Positions 33,086-42,427 of a stretch of 64,000 bases of DNA are shown here, in pieces (positions within the stretch are counted from its first letter, which is position 1; each line of letters opens with the position of its first letter). Position numbers and translations under genes: made by a program. The stretch covers positions 1-64,000 of IMG/VR virus record IMGVR_UViG_3300045988_104912; one strand, given 5' to 3'. The stretch comes from a virus. A model generated the notes under the pieces. It was not told the origin of the DNA. It saw nothing but the letters and a program-made list of their open reading frames with translations, and did no database searches.

Positions 33086-34240
33086 GATGGCGAGGTAATT
33101 GTAGGTGAACTTAATGAGGTTTATCCCCTGCGTATTCTGGGTCAGCCGAGACTTGAAGGTTCGAATGCAGTTTATACCGTAGAACTTATGGGAGGCGTCC
33201 TTGATGGTATGCCCGTAAGTCAGCTTGTTGCTGGTAAGCGGTTTAGCTGGGAATATGCTCCTGTTGAGGATACGATGTCGCTGGAAGTAGGTGATGTTCG
33301 TTATACTAGCTCTACTGCTATGCGTAATGAGTGGTCACACATTCGTATCCAGACTAAGGTTCCTGGAAATATTCTTGATAAGAAGCTGGCTATTGGTATA
33401 CCTTTTGTAGATAAGGCTGGTAACAAGCAAGTAGCAAATTCATGGATTCACCATGTAGACTATAAGCTGGAGGAAACCTTCTCAGAATATAAGTCGAACA
33501 TTATAATGTTTGGCCGCTCGAACCGTAATAAGAACGGTGAGTATCTGAACTTTGGTAAGTCTGGCAATGTCATTAAGATGGGTGATGGTATCCGTGCTCA
33601 GATGTCTGTAGGTAATACTCGTTATTACACTAAGTTTAATCTAAAGACTCTTGAAGATGCTCTCTTCGAGCTGTCAGAGTCTAAGCTTGATTACTCGGAT
33701 CGTACCTTTGTTATTGAGACTGGTTCTCGTGGTGCTGTACAGTTCCATAAGGCAGTTCTTGATGTAGTATCTGGATGGACTGTATTCCAGTATCTTGGTG
33801 GCAATGCAGCTAATCCTGCTATTATTTCAAAGACTTCGAGCAAGCTACATGAGAATGCTCTGAGTGCAGGTTTCCAGTTCGTAGAGTACAAAGCTCCTAA
33901 TGGTGTAACTATTAAGATTGATGTTAATCCTCTCTACGACGATCAGGTACGTAACAAGATCATGCACCCGAATGGCGGTGTTGCAGAGTCGTACCGTTAT
34001 GATATTATGTGCATTGGTACTACTGAGGAGCCTAATATTCAGCTAGCTAAGGTTCGTGGTAAGGAAGAGTATCGTGGTTACATGTGGGGTCTTCGTAACC
34101 CGTTCACAGGTGGCATGAACAACCCGTACATGTCGTATCCTGAGGATTCTGCACAGATCCACAAGATGGCTACTCTGGGTGTATTCATCCTGGATCCTAC
34201 TCGTACCATGAGTCTGATTCCGAATATTCTTACTGAGTAA
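33086..34240 (+). CDS. major capsid protein, exon 2 (5' boundary provisional)
   Basis: No ATG start. The frame is open from 33074. Long, codon-biased ORF followed by a 12-bp terminator hairpin. Exons 1 and 2 together give about 503 aa. Confidence 0.7.
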   Translation, partial: DGEVIVGELNEVYPLRILGQPRLEGSNAVYTVELMGGVLDGMPVSQLVAGKRFSWEYAPVEDTMSLEVGDVRYTSSTAMRNEWSHIRIQTKVPGNILDKKLAIGIPFVDKAGNKQVANSWIHHVDYKLEETFSEYKSNIIMFGRSNRNKNGEYLNFGKSGNVIKMGDGIRAQMSVGNTRYYTKFNLKTLEDALFELSESKLDYSDRTFVIETGSRGAVQFHKAVLDVVSGWTVFQYLGGNAANPAIISKTSSKLHENALSAGFQFVEYKAPNGVTIKIDVNPLYDDQVRNKIMHPNGGVAESYRYDIMCIGTTEEPNIQLAKVRGKEEYRGYMWGLRNPFTGGMNNPYMSYPEDSAQIHKMATLGVFILDPTRTMSLIPNILTE

Positions 34241-34252
34241 CAAATCATTTAT

Positions 34253-34288
34253 AGGTAGGTGGGAGTTAAATCCCACTTACCTTCATTT
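34253..34288 (+). terminator. intrinsic terminator after the capsid gene
   Basis: AGGTAGGTGGGA-gttaaa-TCCCACTTACCT forms a 12-bp stem with one G.T pair. It is followed by TCATTT. Confidence 0.8.
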
Positions 34289-34305
34289 AAATAAAGGGAG
34301 AAGTT

Positions 34306-35304
34306 ATGGATAAAAATTTTAGCAATATTGGTGATATTGATATTGACACCTCAGTTGAGGAAGTAAAAGTTGAGGTACCTAAACCTACGAAAAGTTCTAA
34401 AGTAGATAAGAAGAGTTCTACAACGTCTGTAGAAGATGAGCCGATAGTAAACTGTCTCAGGAATGAGAAAGTTATTGTAAGGTGTATCCTTAAGCCTACT
34501 GGTAATATTGACAAACCCTCTCACGCTCTCTATGGAGGAATGGCTGAAACCGCAGTAAAAATCTATACGCTACCGCTTCTGATGTCGGGTTCATACAAGA
34601 ATGCTCTTACTAAAGCTGAGAAGAAATTCTTAGAAATGGCCATGGGTCTTGAGGATAATGCTCTTTCTATCTATCGAAAAGAAGATAACTATTGGGAGTC
34701 TGATAATGCTATTGTTAGACTTGGTAAGATGGATACTATTCTAGATCTTTCCACTCCTGATGGTTATATTAAATATAAGATTCTGCTAGCTAATTCTGAT
34801 ACTATTGCTCCTAGTCTTGATACTCTTAAGACCAGTCCTAAAGCAACCTATAGGTATGTGCTTATCAGAGAGGGAGAAGAGGTTAAGACTCTCAATAAGG
34901 AGATGAATGTAGCTATGCAAGCATCCTTTGAATTAGGCAAATTCCTAGAGAATAAGCCTGTACTACGGTTTGCAGTAGAGACTCTTGAGGGTAAGCCTGT
35001 TTCAGAATCTAGTACTCTTGATTGGCTCCAGGCACAGGCATTTAAGAATATGCAGAGCAATCCTAAATTGTTCATACAGATTCTTCAGGATCCGTATCTT
35101 GAAACTAAGGTAATGATTAAGGATGCAATTTATGCAGGTCTTATTAAGAAGCGAGGAGACCTTTATTACAAAGCTGACAATACTCCTTTGTGTGAAGGTA
35201 TGGATGATCCTACTCTTGCTAATGCTGCTAGGTATATCAATGCTGTCAAGAATCAAGAATACAAATTAATGCTTGAGGCTAAGATCAAAGCTTCGAAGAA
35301 ATAA
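34306..35304 (+). CDS. capsid-module protein (332 aa)
   Basis: Clean ORF between the capsid gene and other head genes. Confidence 0.7.
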   Translation: MDKNFSNIGDIDIDTSVEEVKVEVPKPTKSSKVDKKSSTTSVEDEPIVNCLRNEKVIVRCILKPTGNIDKPSHALYGGMAETAVKIYTLPLLMSGSYKNALTKAEKKFLEMAMGLEDNALSIYRKEDNYWESDNAIVRLGKMDTILDLSTPDGYIKYKILLANSDTIAPSLDTLKTSPKATYRYVLIREGEEVKTLNKEMNVAMQASFELGKFLENKPVLRFAVETLEGKPVSESSTLDWLQAQAFKNMQSNPKLFIQILQDPYLETKVMIKDAIYAGLIKKRGDLYYKADNTPLCEGMDDPTLANAARYINAVKNQEYKLMLEAKIKASKK

Positions 35305-35312
35305 TTTACATT

Positions 35313-36098
35313 ATGACTGCAGCGGAACTGATTCAGAAATTTAATCTACATTATGATAATATCTTAAGTGCAGCTGCACCAGGTCTTAATGAGTATGAAA
35401 TATCATTATTCTTAACTCAAGCGCACAGAGAGGTTGTTTCAAGTTATTATAATGGTACTATGGGTGGTAACACCATTGATAGTACAGAAGCTGTTAAATC
35501 TCTTCTTCCACGTTATATTCTCACAGGAACAGCTGTTATTACACAGCTTATTCCTAATCAGATAGAAGGGCTTAATTCTTATGTTATAGATTTAGATGCT
35601 AATGTACTTCAGCTGTTAGCTGAGCGTATAAAGGGTCCAATTGATCCTACTCTAAAGGCTCGTAATATAGTAGTTAAACCTGTTGATATTGATGAAGCCT
35701 ATAGGCTTATGAGAAATCCTTTTAGGAGACCATCTGATTTAAGAGTATGGCGTGTTGATGAGACAACAAATGCTGATACTACAGTACGTCAGGTTACCCT
35801 AATATCTAATGAAGATCTTACTTCCACAGAATTCCAATATATTTACACTTATATGAAAGAACCTGAGCCTATCATACTGGTAGATTTAGATTCTGAGGAA
35901 TGGACTAGTATCGGGGATCTCTCTATTATGGGAGAGCAGAAAGCTAATGTAGATAAGGATACAATAGCTCAATTAGGAGATAAGATTTCACCAACTTTAT
36001 GGGAATTAATTATTAATCGTGCTGTAGAGTTAGCTACACGTGATTATAAAGAGAATAGTTTGAATACACAAATAGCTCTGAATCGCAGAGTAGAATAA
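35313..36098 (+). CDS. capsid-module protein (261 aa)
   Basis: Clean ORF. Confidence 0.7.
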   Translation: MTAAELIQKFNLHYDNILSAAAPGLNEYEISLFLTQAHREVVSSYYNGTMGGNTIDSTEAVKSLLPRYILTGTAVITQLIPNQIEGLNSYVIDLDANVLQLLAERIKGPIDPTLKARNIVVKPVDIDEAYRLMRNPFRRPSDLRVWRVDETTNADTTVRQVTLISNEDLTSTEFQYIYTYMKEPEPIILVDLDSEEWTSIGDLSIMGEQKANVDKDTIAQLGDKISPTLWELIINRAVELATRDYKENSLNTQIALNRRVE

Positions 36099-36116
36099 TT
36101 TAATTAATGTTATAAT

Positions 36117-37133
36117 ATGGCAAATTTTAGTACAAATGCTGTGCAACATATCATCATGGCTAAGTCAGCTGATGTAAAGGTTATTGATGCTAAGACTGGT
36201 CTACCGGCTGCTTCTGGTAATACTGTAGATAAATTTTATATTCAGTATCTGAACGCCTTTGGTGATAAGATGAAATCGGATCTTATCGAAGTTGACAAGA
36301 TTCGTGCTTATAACCCCAAAAAGTATGTTGCAGGTACGCAGCGTACGGTAACTATCAAGGTTAACAAAGATGAACTTGCTCCTAATACTGAGTATAGCCT
36401 TCGTGTTATGATCCGTGAGGTTATGTCTGGCTCACAGGAAGATCAGATGGTTGGAGTAGTATCATATACTACAAGTTCTGCAACTGCAGCTGCTACTCTG
36501 TCGAAAGAACTGACGGATGGTCTTGCAAATCAGATCAACAAGATGTATGGTGTATCTGGTAAGAAGTACAATAAGCTTGACTGGCCGGTTCTTACAGCTA
36601 AAGGTGAAACTGGAGGTACTGCAGATACTATTGTTATTGAGGAAGTTGCAAATGACCTGAAACCTTGGATTATTGGTAAGGTACAGCTTCGTCCTTATAA
36701 CTTTGATATCTACCCCAACCCTGTTCTTTCGATTTCGTCGACTGGTAATACGAACTTTGAGTCGTATGACTGGATTAATACTTCAGATGTAGATAAGGGC
36801 CTCTTTACAAAGACTGTAGGTGGTTCGCTTGGTCATGGTAATGGTAAAGTTGTTGCTGACCTTGAATACTTCTATCACGGTGATCTTGGTGACTTCTATC
36901 GTATGAACAACTATCCTCTGAATATTAATACAGAGTATATGGCAGATCATACGAAGTGGTATGACTCGATTAACCTTGCATTTTTCTATCGTGGAGAGGC
37001 TACCTCACCGCAGGCTTCGGAGAAACAGTTGCTTATTGAGTGCGAGCGTGCAGCTGAAGGTATGGTTAGTCCGTATTTCACTACGCTGACTGCAGTACTT
37101 GATAAGATTGTAGCAGGTGAAGCTGTCGCTTAA
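36117..37133 (+). CDS. abundant structural protein candidate (338 aa; auxiliary capsid-like by position)
   Basis: Codon-biased and G+C-elevated like the capsid gene. Followed by a terminator hairpin. Confidence 0.7.
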   Translation: MANFSTNAVQHIIMAKSADVKVIDAKTGLPAASGNTVDKFYIQYLNAFGDKMKSDLIEVDKIRAYNPKKYVAGTQRTVTIKVNKDELAPNTEYSLRVMIREVMSGSQEDQMVGVVSYTTSSATAAATLSKELTDGLANQINKMYGVSGKKYNKLDWPVLTAKGETGGTADTIVIEEVANDLKPWIIGKVQLRPYNFDIYPNPVLSISSTGNTNFESYDWINTSDVDKGLFTKTVGGSLGHGNGKVVADLEYFYHGDLGDFYRMNNYPLNINTEYMADHTKWYDSINLAFFYRGEATSPQASEKQLLIECERAAEGMVSPYFTTLTAVLDKIVAGEAVA

Positions 37134-37205
37134 TTTATAGTTTAGGGCAATTACTATAATTAAGTAGTTATTTAAGAGTTAGTGAAAGTTGATTAGAGTA
37201 ATATT

Positions 37206-37231
37206 GGGCTACTACTTACGGGTAGTAGTCC
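37206..37231 (+). terminator. terminator hairpin
   Basis: GGGCTACTAC-ttacgg-GTAGTAGTCC forms a 10-bp stem with one G.T pair. A T-rich tail follows. Confidence 0.6.
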
Positions 37232-37303
37232 TATTACATATATATTTTGCGCGAAATATATCATTTATTTAGTTCAAATTAACTTTTAAAACTTTCACTA
37301 ATT

Positions 37304-37837
37304 ATGGCAGAATTTGCTTCTAAAGGCGTTGGTAATGCTGGATTAACTCTTGGCATTATAGGTACCGCAGGATGGCTCCTTCGTGGTAGTGGTTGCGGTA
37401 ATGGACTGTTTGGTGGCCTCTTTGGCGGAGGTAATTGCAACGGTCAATCGGAGTTGGTATCTGCATACCAAGCCGCTGCTGCTAATTTAGCAGCTGAAAA
37501 ATATGCTGACAATGTTGGCATAGAATTATACAGAGAAATTATTTCTCAGTCGAACAGAGCTGATCAGAGACTTGGTGAGTATGCCAACCAGCTGGCTCAG
37601 GGTATTATAAACCTTGACAAGAAGGTTGCTGCTATCGAAGCCACACAACCTCTGTTAGCAGAGATTTCAGCTCTTAAGTCTGAGAGATACACGGATGCCC
37701 GCACCTGCAATAAGGTTGAGGGTGAACTCCGGCTTCCCTACAGAGAGATTTGCTATCCGCCCTATCCGCAGGTAGCTGTTCCTGTGAACAATCCCTTTGG
37801 TTTCGGATGTGGCTCCTCTACTACTGTAGTTCAGTAA
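37304..37837 (+). CDS. Gly-zipper protein (177 aa)
   Basis: Contains 'GLTLGIIGTAGWLL' and 'GLFGGLFGGG', then a coiled coil. G+C-elevated. Confidence 0.65.
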   Translation: MAEFASKGVGNAGLTLGIIGTAGWLLRGSGCGNGLFGGLFGGGNCNGQSELVSAYQAAAANLAAEKYADNVGIELYREIISQSNRADQRLGEYANQLAQGIINLDKKVAAIEATQPLLAEISALKSERYTDARTCNKVEGELRLPYREICYPPYPQVAVPVNNPFGFGCGSSTTVVQ

Positions 37838-37859
37838 TTGAATCTAATTAATTGGGATC

Positions 37860-38321
37860 ATGATGGAACGAACAGTAATAACTAACTTTGGTGAGGGAAC
37901 TACATTAAATCAAGTAGTTGAATTTAATGTATGTTTACCCACTCCTGCTAGGACTGACGTAGCACCTACGTCTACGTTAATTCCTACTATTCGTTATACT
38001 AGTGAGTTCACGTTGGATTCAACTACTTACTATTTAACGAAAGTAGATCTAGCTTTACAGGTAAGCTATACAGACGTAACCAATATGAGTAGAACTTTTA
38101 CAGTACATTCTAGCAATGCTGCTGTAATCCAGAGTTCAACAGTTCCTACTGTTGAGGATATTACTTCTGAGAAGATTATAGGGATGATAATTCCTCCTTG
38201 TGTATGCAAGGTTACTCAGAATGTGATAAACTCTACTCCCACTGCAGCTATGTTAGCATCTAACAGAGGTTACTTCGTATATGCTGTATCTACGAAAGGG
38301 ACATCCGCTCCTACTTCGTAG
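37860..38321 (+). CDS. hypothetical protein (153 aa)
   Basis: ORF track. Confidence 0.6.
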   Translation: MMERTVITNFGEGTTLNQVVEFNVCLPTPARTDVAPTSTLIPTIRYTSEFTLDSTTYYLTKVDLALQVSYTDVTNMSRTFTVHSSNAAVIQSSTVPTVEDITSEKIIGMIIPPCVCKVTQNVINSTPTAAMLASNRGYFVYAVSTKGTSAPTS

Positions 38322-38342
38322 TAATTAGTAATCTTTACAACT

Positions 38343-38783
38343 ATGTATGGATATCCAGTAGGGTCTGCTTATCAAGGTTTCCAATCACCGTTGACTAAGG
38401 AGAACCAGTTACGAATGTTAGAGGGACAGATAGAGGCGCTTAAGTCTATGGGAAGTGGTACTCCTCAATATTCATTACTTGAGGAGATTAATAATATCTC
38501 ATCTAATTTAACAGAGGATGAGAAGAAATTAATTGAGAAATCTCCTGAATATTCTGAGGCTAAGAATGTCTATGAATCAGGGTTTATGAATTTTTTAGGC
38601 AATAAATTCAGTAATGAATACATTACTACCCCTGAAGGAAGGATAGCCGGTGAACGGTTATTAAGTGTGATTAAAGATGTTAAATCCAAGGCACAGCAAG
38701 AGATTGCTGTTAAGCAAGAGAAGCTCCAGAAAGTAGCAGATCTATTGGACAAGCATCCTGAGTTACTAGATAAAATTAAGTAA
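38343..38783 (+). CDS. hypothetical protein (146 aa)
   Basis: ORF track. Confidence 0.6.
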   Translation: MYGYPVGSAYQGFQSPLTKENQLRMLEGQIEALKSMGSGTPQYSLLEEINNISSNLTEDEKKLIEKSPEYSEAKNVYESGFMNFLGNKFSNEYITTPEGRIAGERLLSVIKDVKSKAQQEIAVKQEKLQKVADLLDKHPELLDKIK

Positions 38784-38785
38784 AC

Positions 38786-39103
38786 ATGTCTGATTTAGAG
38801 ATATTAAAAGCCGCATTAAATTCGTCGATTCGTACTATTGCCATGAACTTAGGAGTGCCTTATTTGGCACCGGTAGCAATGTATGGCGCTAATAACATAC
38901 TTAGCAAGCCTAAGTATAAGTTTATTATGGACGCCTTAACGGATGGGAATGATAACATCGACATTGAGTCATTGTCTAATGCTCTGAAGGATATGATGAG
39001 ATCGATGCCTAATAAGCCGACCTTGCTGGGTATTACTTTTGGGCCAGAAGACATTGACTTGTTTAAGAGAGAGTTCTTAAACATTAAGAGTAAGAATGCC
39101 TAG
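38786..39103 (+). CDS. hypothetical protein (105 aa)
   Basis: ORF track. Confidence 0.55.
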   Translation: MSDLEILKAALNSSIRTIAMNLGVPYLAPVAMYGANNILSKPKYKFIMDALTDGNDNIDIESLSNALKDMMRSMPNKPTLLGITFGPEDIDLFKREFLNIKSKNA

Positions 39104-39362
39104 TGTAACTTTTATTCAGAAGATGAAGGATTTCTTCACTCCTAACAGAGAGATTAAAGCTCTTTTAGCAGAGATTCTAATTCTCCAGGATGACGTAAAA
39201 AATTATCTTGGTCATATTGATTCATCTCAGAAAGAAATGATCGAAACTTTAAAGGATGTGAAGGTAAGTATACTGAGTCTCAAAAGAAGTCATAGCGGTA
39301 GAGATAATAAGCACAAATCACTTAAATCTCGTAGTTATGATGAAGAAACACCTGCACGTTAA
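39096..39362 (+). CDS. hypothetical protein (88 aa)
   Basis: ORF track. Has an 8-nt overlap with the upstream gene. Confidence 0.5.
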   Translation: MPSVTFIQKMKDFFTPNREIKALLAEILILQDDVKNYLGHIDSSQKEMIETLKDVKVSILSLKRSHSGRDNKHKSLKSRSYDEETPAR

Positions 39363-39633
39363 TCTATCTGCTGAGTCAATACTTGAGATGATATCTGAAG
39401 CTGCACACAATGCTATGAAGAAAAGTTTAGAAGGTCACTATCTTAGTGAGGAAGAGTATAAAGAGATTATTCACTCGAACTCTAGGGATCTTCATGAACT
39501 TATTCGAGAAAATCTGCATGGCACTGTAGAATGCAAGCTTTTGGATGTTCTTAAGCTAATCGAGGCTTACTTTGATGCCAGAGAAATGGATGAAGAGATG
39601 CTGATGGTTATGCTTGACAAAAGCAGGGAGTAA
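39337..39633 (+). CDS. hypothetical protein (98 aa)
   Basis: ORF track. Confidence 0.5.
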   Translation: MMKKHLHVNLSAESILEMISEAAHNAMKKSLEGHYLSEEEYKEIIHSNSRDLHELIRENLHGTVECKLLDVLKLIEAYFDAREMDEEMLMVMLDKSRE

Positions 39634-39646
39634 TTATATATCTAGT

Positions 39647-40027
39647 ATGGAAATGGATTTCGAGAGAGTTATAACCTTCGTTAACGAACTTTATGGCTCA
39701 TACTTTAAACTTAAGGAGATTCATTGGAATACTTATAGTAAATCTTTACATCTACTGATAGATGAAATAAATGAAGATTTATTAGAGTATGTTGATGATA
39801 TTACTGAGAATATTATGGGTCTTAATGACAGTCGTGTTGGCTATAACATTATCAATCCTAATATTCCTAATACTACTGATCCTAAGGAGATCTTAAAGGT
39901 TCTAGCTGCAAAAGCTGAGTATTTAAAGTCTGGCATGACTGCTGGCAGATATGCTGGTATTGTAAATATCTTAGATGATTTTGCTCAAACTATGAATCGT
40001 TATATCTACCTTAGTTCCGATAGATAA
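39647..40027 (+). CDS. Dps/ferritin-like four-helix protein candidate (126 aa from ATG 39647; the track start at 39614 is TTG)
   Basis: 'LKEIHWNTYSKSLHLLIDEINEDLLEYVDDITENIMGL' follows the Dps pattern HWNV.G..F..LH......E..D.IAER...LG. Confidence 0.45.
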   Translation: MEMDFERVITFVNELYGSYFKLKEIHWNTYSKSLHLLIDEINEDLLEYVDDITENIMGLNDSRVGYNIINPNIPNTTDPKEILKVLAAKAEYLKSGMTAGRYAGIVNILDDFAQTMNRYIYLSSDR

Positions 40028-40073
40028 TTACCAAAAATAATAGAAATTATTATTTTTTTACAAAAGTCCTTGG

Positions 40074-40100
40074 ATATATGAAAAATTTTTCGTATATTTG
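40074..40100 (+). promoter_or_regulatory. Bacteroidetes-type promoter (-7 TATATTTG), 27-nt module
   Basis: ATATATGAAAAATTTTTCGTATATTTG, with TTGG 20 nt upstream of the -7 box. Confidence 0.5.
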
Positions 40101-40155
40101 AGGACTTTTAGTTTATAAGCTATTATAGCTAATTAATAATTTAAATTAATTTAAT

Positions 40156-41085
40156 ATGAACGTTAATGAGATTTTAGAGGTATTTAAGGTTAAACCATAC
40201 CTAGTACGTATGGGTAAAGGATCCTTATCGAGACGACTTCATGCTTCTAAGGAAGATATTGTTGAAGCAAAGAGACTTTATCGTAACTCAGGAATAGTTA
40301 AGTCTGTTATAAAAGCTCCTAAGATTCTTATTCTTGACATTGAGACTGCTCCTATGAAGGGTTATGTATTTAGTCTATGGAAAGATTCTGTAAATCTAGA
40401 TAAGCTTCTTGCAGACTGGTATATCATCTGTTGGTCAGCTAAGTGGCTCTTTGGCAGAGAAGTTCTAGGAGGGTGTTTAACTAGTGAAGAAGCTAAGGTC
40501 CAGGATGATCGTAGAATTGTTATGAGCTTAGCTAAACTTTTAAATGAGGCAGACATTGTTATTACTCATAATGGTAAGAAGTTTGACTTGTTAAAGATTA
40601 ATGCTAGGATGTTGATACATAGACTTCCTCCTGTTAAACCTTATCAGAATATTGATACTTTAGAAGTTGCTAAGAAGCAGTTTGGCTTTACATCGAATAA
40701 GTTAGATTACTTAGCTAAGATTCTTGGTGTAGATACTAAGTTAGAGACTAATTTCCAATTATGGTCAGACTGTGTTGATGGTAAGCCTGAGGCTCTAGAA
40801 TATATGTTTAAGTATAATAATTGGGATGTTGAATGTCTAGAAGCTGTTTATCTCAGACTTAGACCTTGGATACGGAATCATCCTAACCTTAATCTATATT
40901 ATGAGTGTGATGAGCCTATTTGTCCTAACTGTGGTTCTAAGCATTTAACACCCGAAGGATTCTACTATACTTCGGTTAATAAATATCAGGTCTTCCGATG
41001 TGAGTGTGGTGCAACCTCTCGCATGAGAACTTCAGCTGTTGATCCTGAAGTTAAGGAAGTAATTCTTAATAATAATATGGCCTAA
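40156..41085 (+). CDS. DnaQ/PolB-exo-like 3'-5' exonuclease with C-terminal zinc ribbon (309 aa)
   Basis: Exo I 'ILILDIETAP'. Exo II 'ITHNGKKFDL'. Exo III 'YNNWDVECLEAVY'. Zinc ribbon 'CPNCGS...CECG'. Confidence 0.75.
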   Translation: MNVNEILEVFKVKPYLVRMGKGSLSRRLHASKEDIVEAKRLYRNSGIVKSVIKAPKILILDIETAPMKGYVFSLWKDSVNLDKLLADWYIICWSAKWLFGREVLGGCLTSEEAKVQDDRRIVMSLAKLLNEADIVITHNGKKFDLLKINARMLIHRLPPVKPYQNIDTLEVAKKQFGFTSNKLDYLAKILGVDTKLETNFQLWSDCVDGKPEALEYMFKYNNWDVECLEAVYLRLRPWIRNHPNLNLYYECDEPICPNCGSKHLTPEGFYYTSVNKYQVFRCECGATSRMRTSAVDPEVKEVILNNNMA

Positions 41086-41861
41086 TGATTACGTACCGTG
41101 AAGCGGTATTTATCGTATTTGATGAGCTCAAACTTTCCTCGGATGATAGTCCCTGGGAAGTTGAGCACATCATATTCTTGCTTAATAAATATCGTGCTAT
41201 TTTAACAAAACAGCGTTATGGAGGTGCTAAAAAAGATGTCCCTCTTGAGTACTACCAAATCTGGGAACTGGGTCATCTAGATTTACCTACTAACAATACT
41301 GATGTTCGTCGAACATTTAGCTTTAAGAAACCAGTTCCACCTATTCTAAATCTACATGGTGTACTACTAGAGACTTCTATCTCTTACCATACCTCTCCGT
41401 TAGAGGAGCATTGCATTATTGATGGTACACCGATTCCTATTTACACACAGTCTACGGATTATGTAGAGAATAACATTGATGTTAACTTTATAAATCCTGA
41501 TAGATTTAAATATCTTGGTTATAACAAATGGTTATCGTCTCAGCCGTATGCTACCATTGGTTATGACCATAAGTTGTATATAAGCTCTACTGCTGATTTC
41601 CTCAATGGCAAATACTTTAGAATACAAGGAGTTTTTGAGAATCCTACAGATTTCCAAGATACCACTGATGGTAAATTAGATATGTATTTTCCTGTAGAGC
41701 AAGCTTTAGTTCAGCCTATTATAGACTTAATTGTTAAAGAGCTTGGTAATGTATTATACTTACCTAAGGATGGGGAAAATAATTCATCTGATGACTTATC
41801 TATACCTATGGGTAATTATCAACCTCCTAAGACAAAGTCTAAAACAACTGTTGATGAATAA
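41085..41861 (+). CDS. virion/tail-module protein (258 aa)
   Basis: TAATG-coupled clean ORF. Confidence 0.65.
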   Translation: MITYREAVFIVFDELKLSSDDSPWEVEHIIFLLNKYRAILTKQRYGGAKKDVPLEYYQIWELGHLDLPTNNTDVRRTFSFKKPVPPILNLHGVLLETSISYHTSPLEEHCIIDGTPIPIYTQSTDYVENNIDVNFINPDRFKYLGYNKWLSSQPYATIGYDHKLYISSTADFLNGKYFRIQGVFENPTDFQDTTDGKLDMYFPVEQALVQPIIDLIVKELGNVLYLPKDGENNSSDDLSIPMGNYQPPKTKSKTTVDE

Positions 41862-42427
41862 TGGAGTACAGTGAATTTTTGAAGCAAGTAAAGAAAGTAA
41901 GTAGTTCTCGAACTTTCAAGATTACGAATTCTTTCAGTATTAAAGGAGCATATAAGTGGTATCGTCATCACAGACCTAAGAAGTCTAAGTATGTACTACT
42001 AGAAGGCCAATTTTATGCGATTATACGCACTATAAATGATATGCTGGCTGATGCCCTTGTTCGAGGAGAAGAAGTGAAATTTCCGGCTCGTATGGGCCTT
42101 TTAGAGATTCGTAAATATCATATTGAACCTTATATTAATAAGGATGGAGAATTTGTTTATAAAGCTCCTATTGATTGGGGTAAGACATTAAGGTTCTGGT
42201 ATGAGAATCCCGAAGCCTATAAAAATAAGATTACTATTAAGGTTGAGAAGCATGATAATTACAAGATTGAGTACAATAAGTCTAAAGCTTGTTTTAAGAA
42301 AAAATCTTATTATATGTTTCAGCCTAATAGGGCTCTTAGAATAAAGGTACATCAGGCAGCTAAAGAAGGGAAGCTTGATGCATTTGAATATAAATATAGA
42401 CCCGATGGCAGCAGAAAGATACGTTAG
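41861..42427 (+). CDS. HU/IHF-like DNA-binding protein candidate (188 aa)
   Basis: 'INDMLADALVRGEEVKFPARMGLLEIRKY' resembles the HU/IHF helix-2 to beta-arm segment (..A...G..V.L.GFG.F.V..R). An IHF-like gene is known in crAss-like structural modules. Confidence 0.45.
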   Translation: MEYSEFLKQVKKVSSSRTFKITNSFSIKGAYKWYRHHRPKKSKYVLLEGQFYAIIRTINDMLADALVRGEEVKFPARMGLLEIRKYHIEPYINKDGEFVYKAPIDWGKTLRFWYENPEAYKNKITIKVEKHDNYKIEYNKSKACFKKKSYYMFQPNRALRIKVHQAAKEGKLDAFEYKYRPDGSRKIR

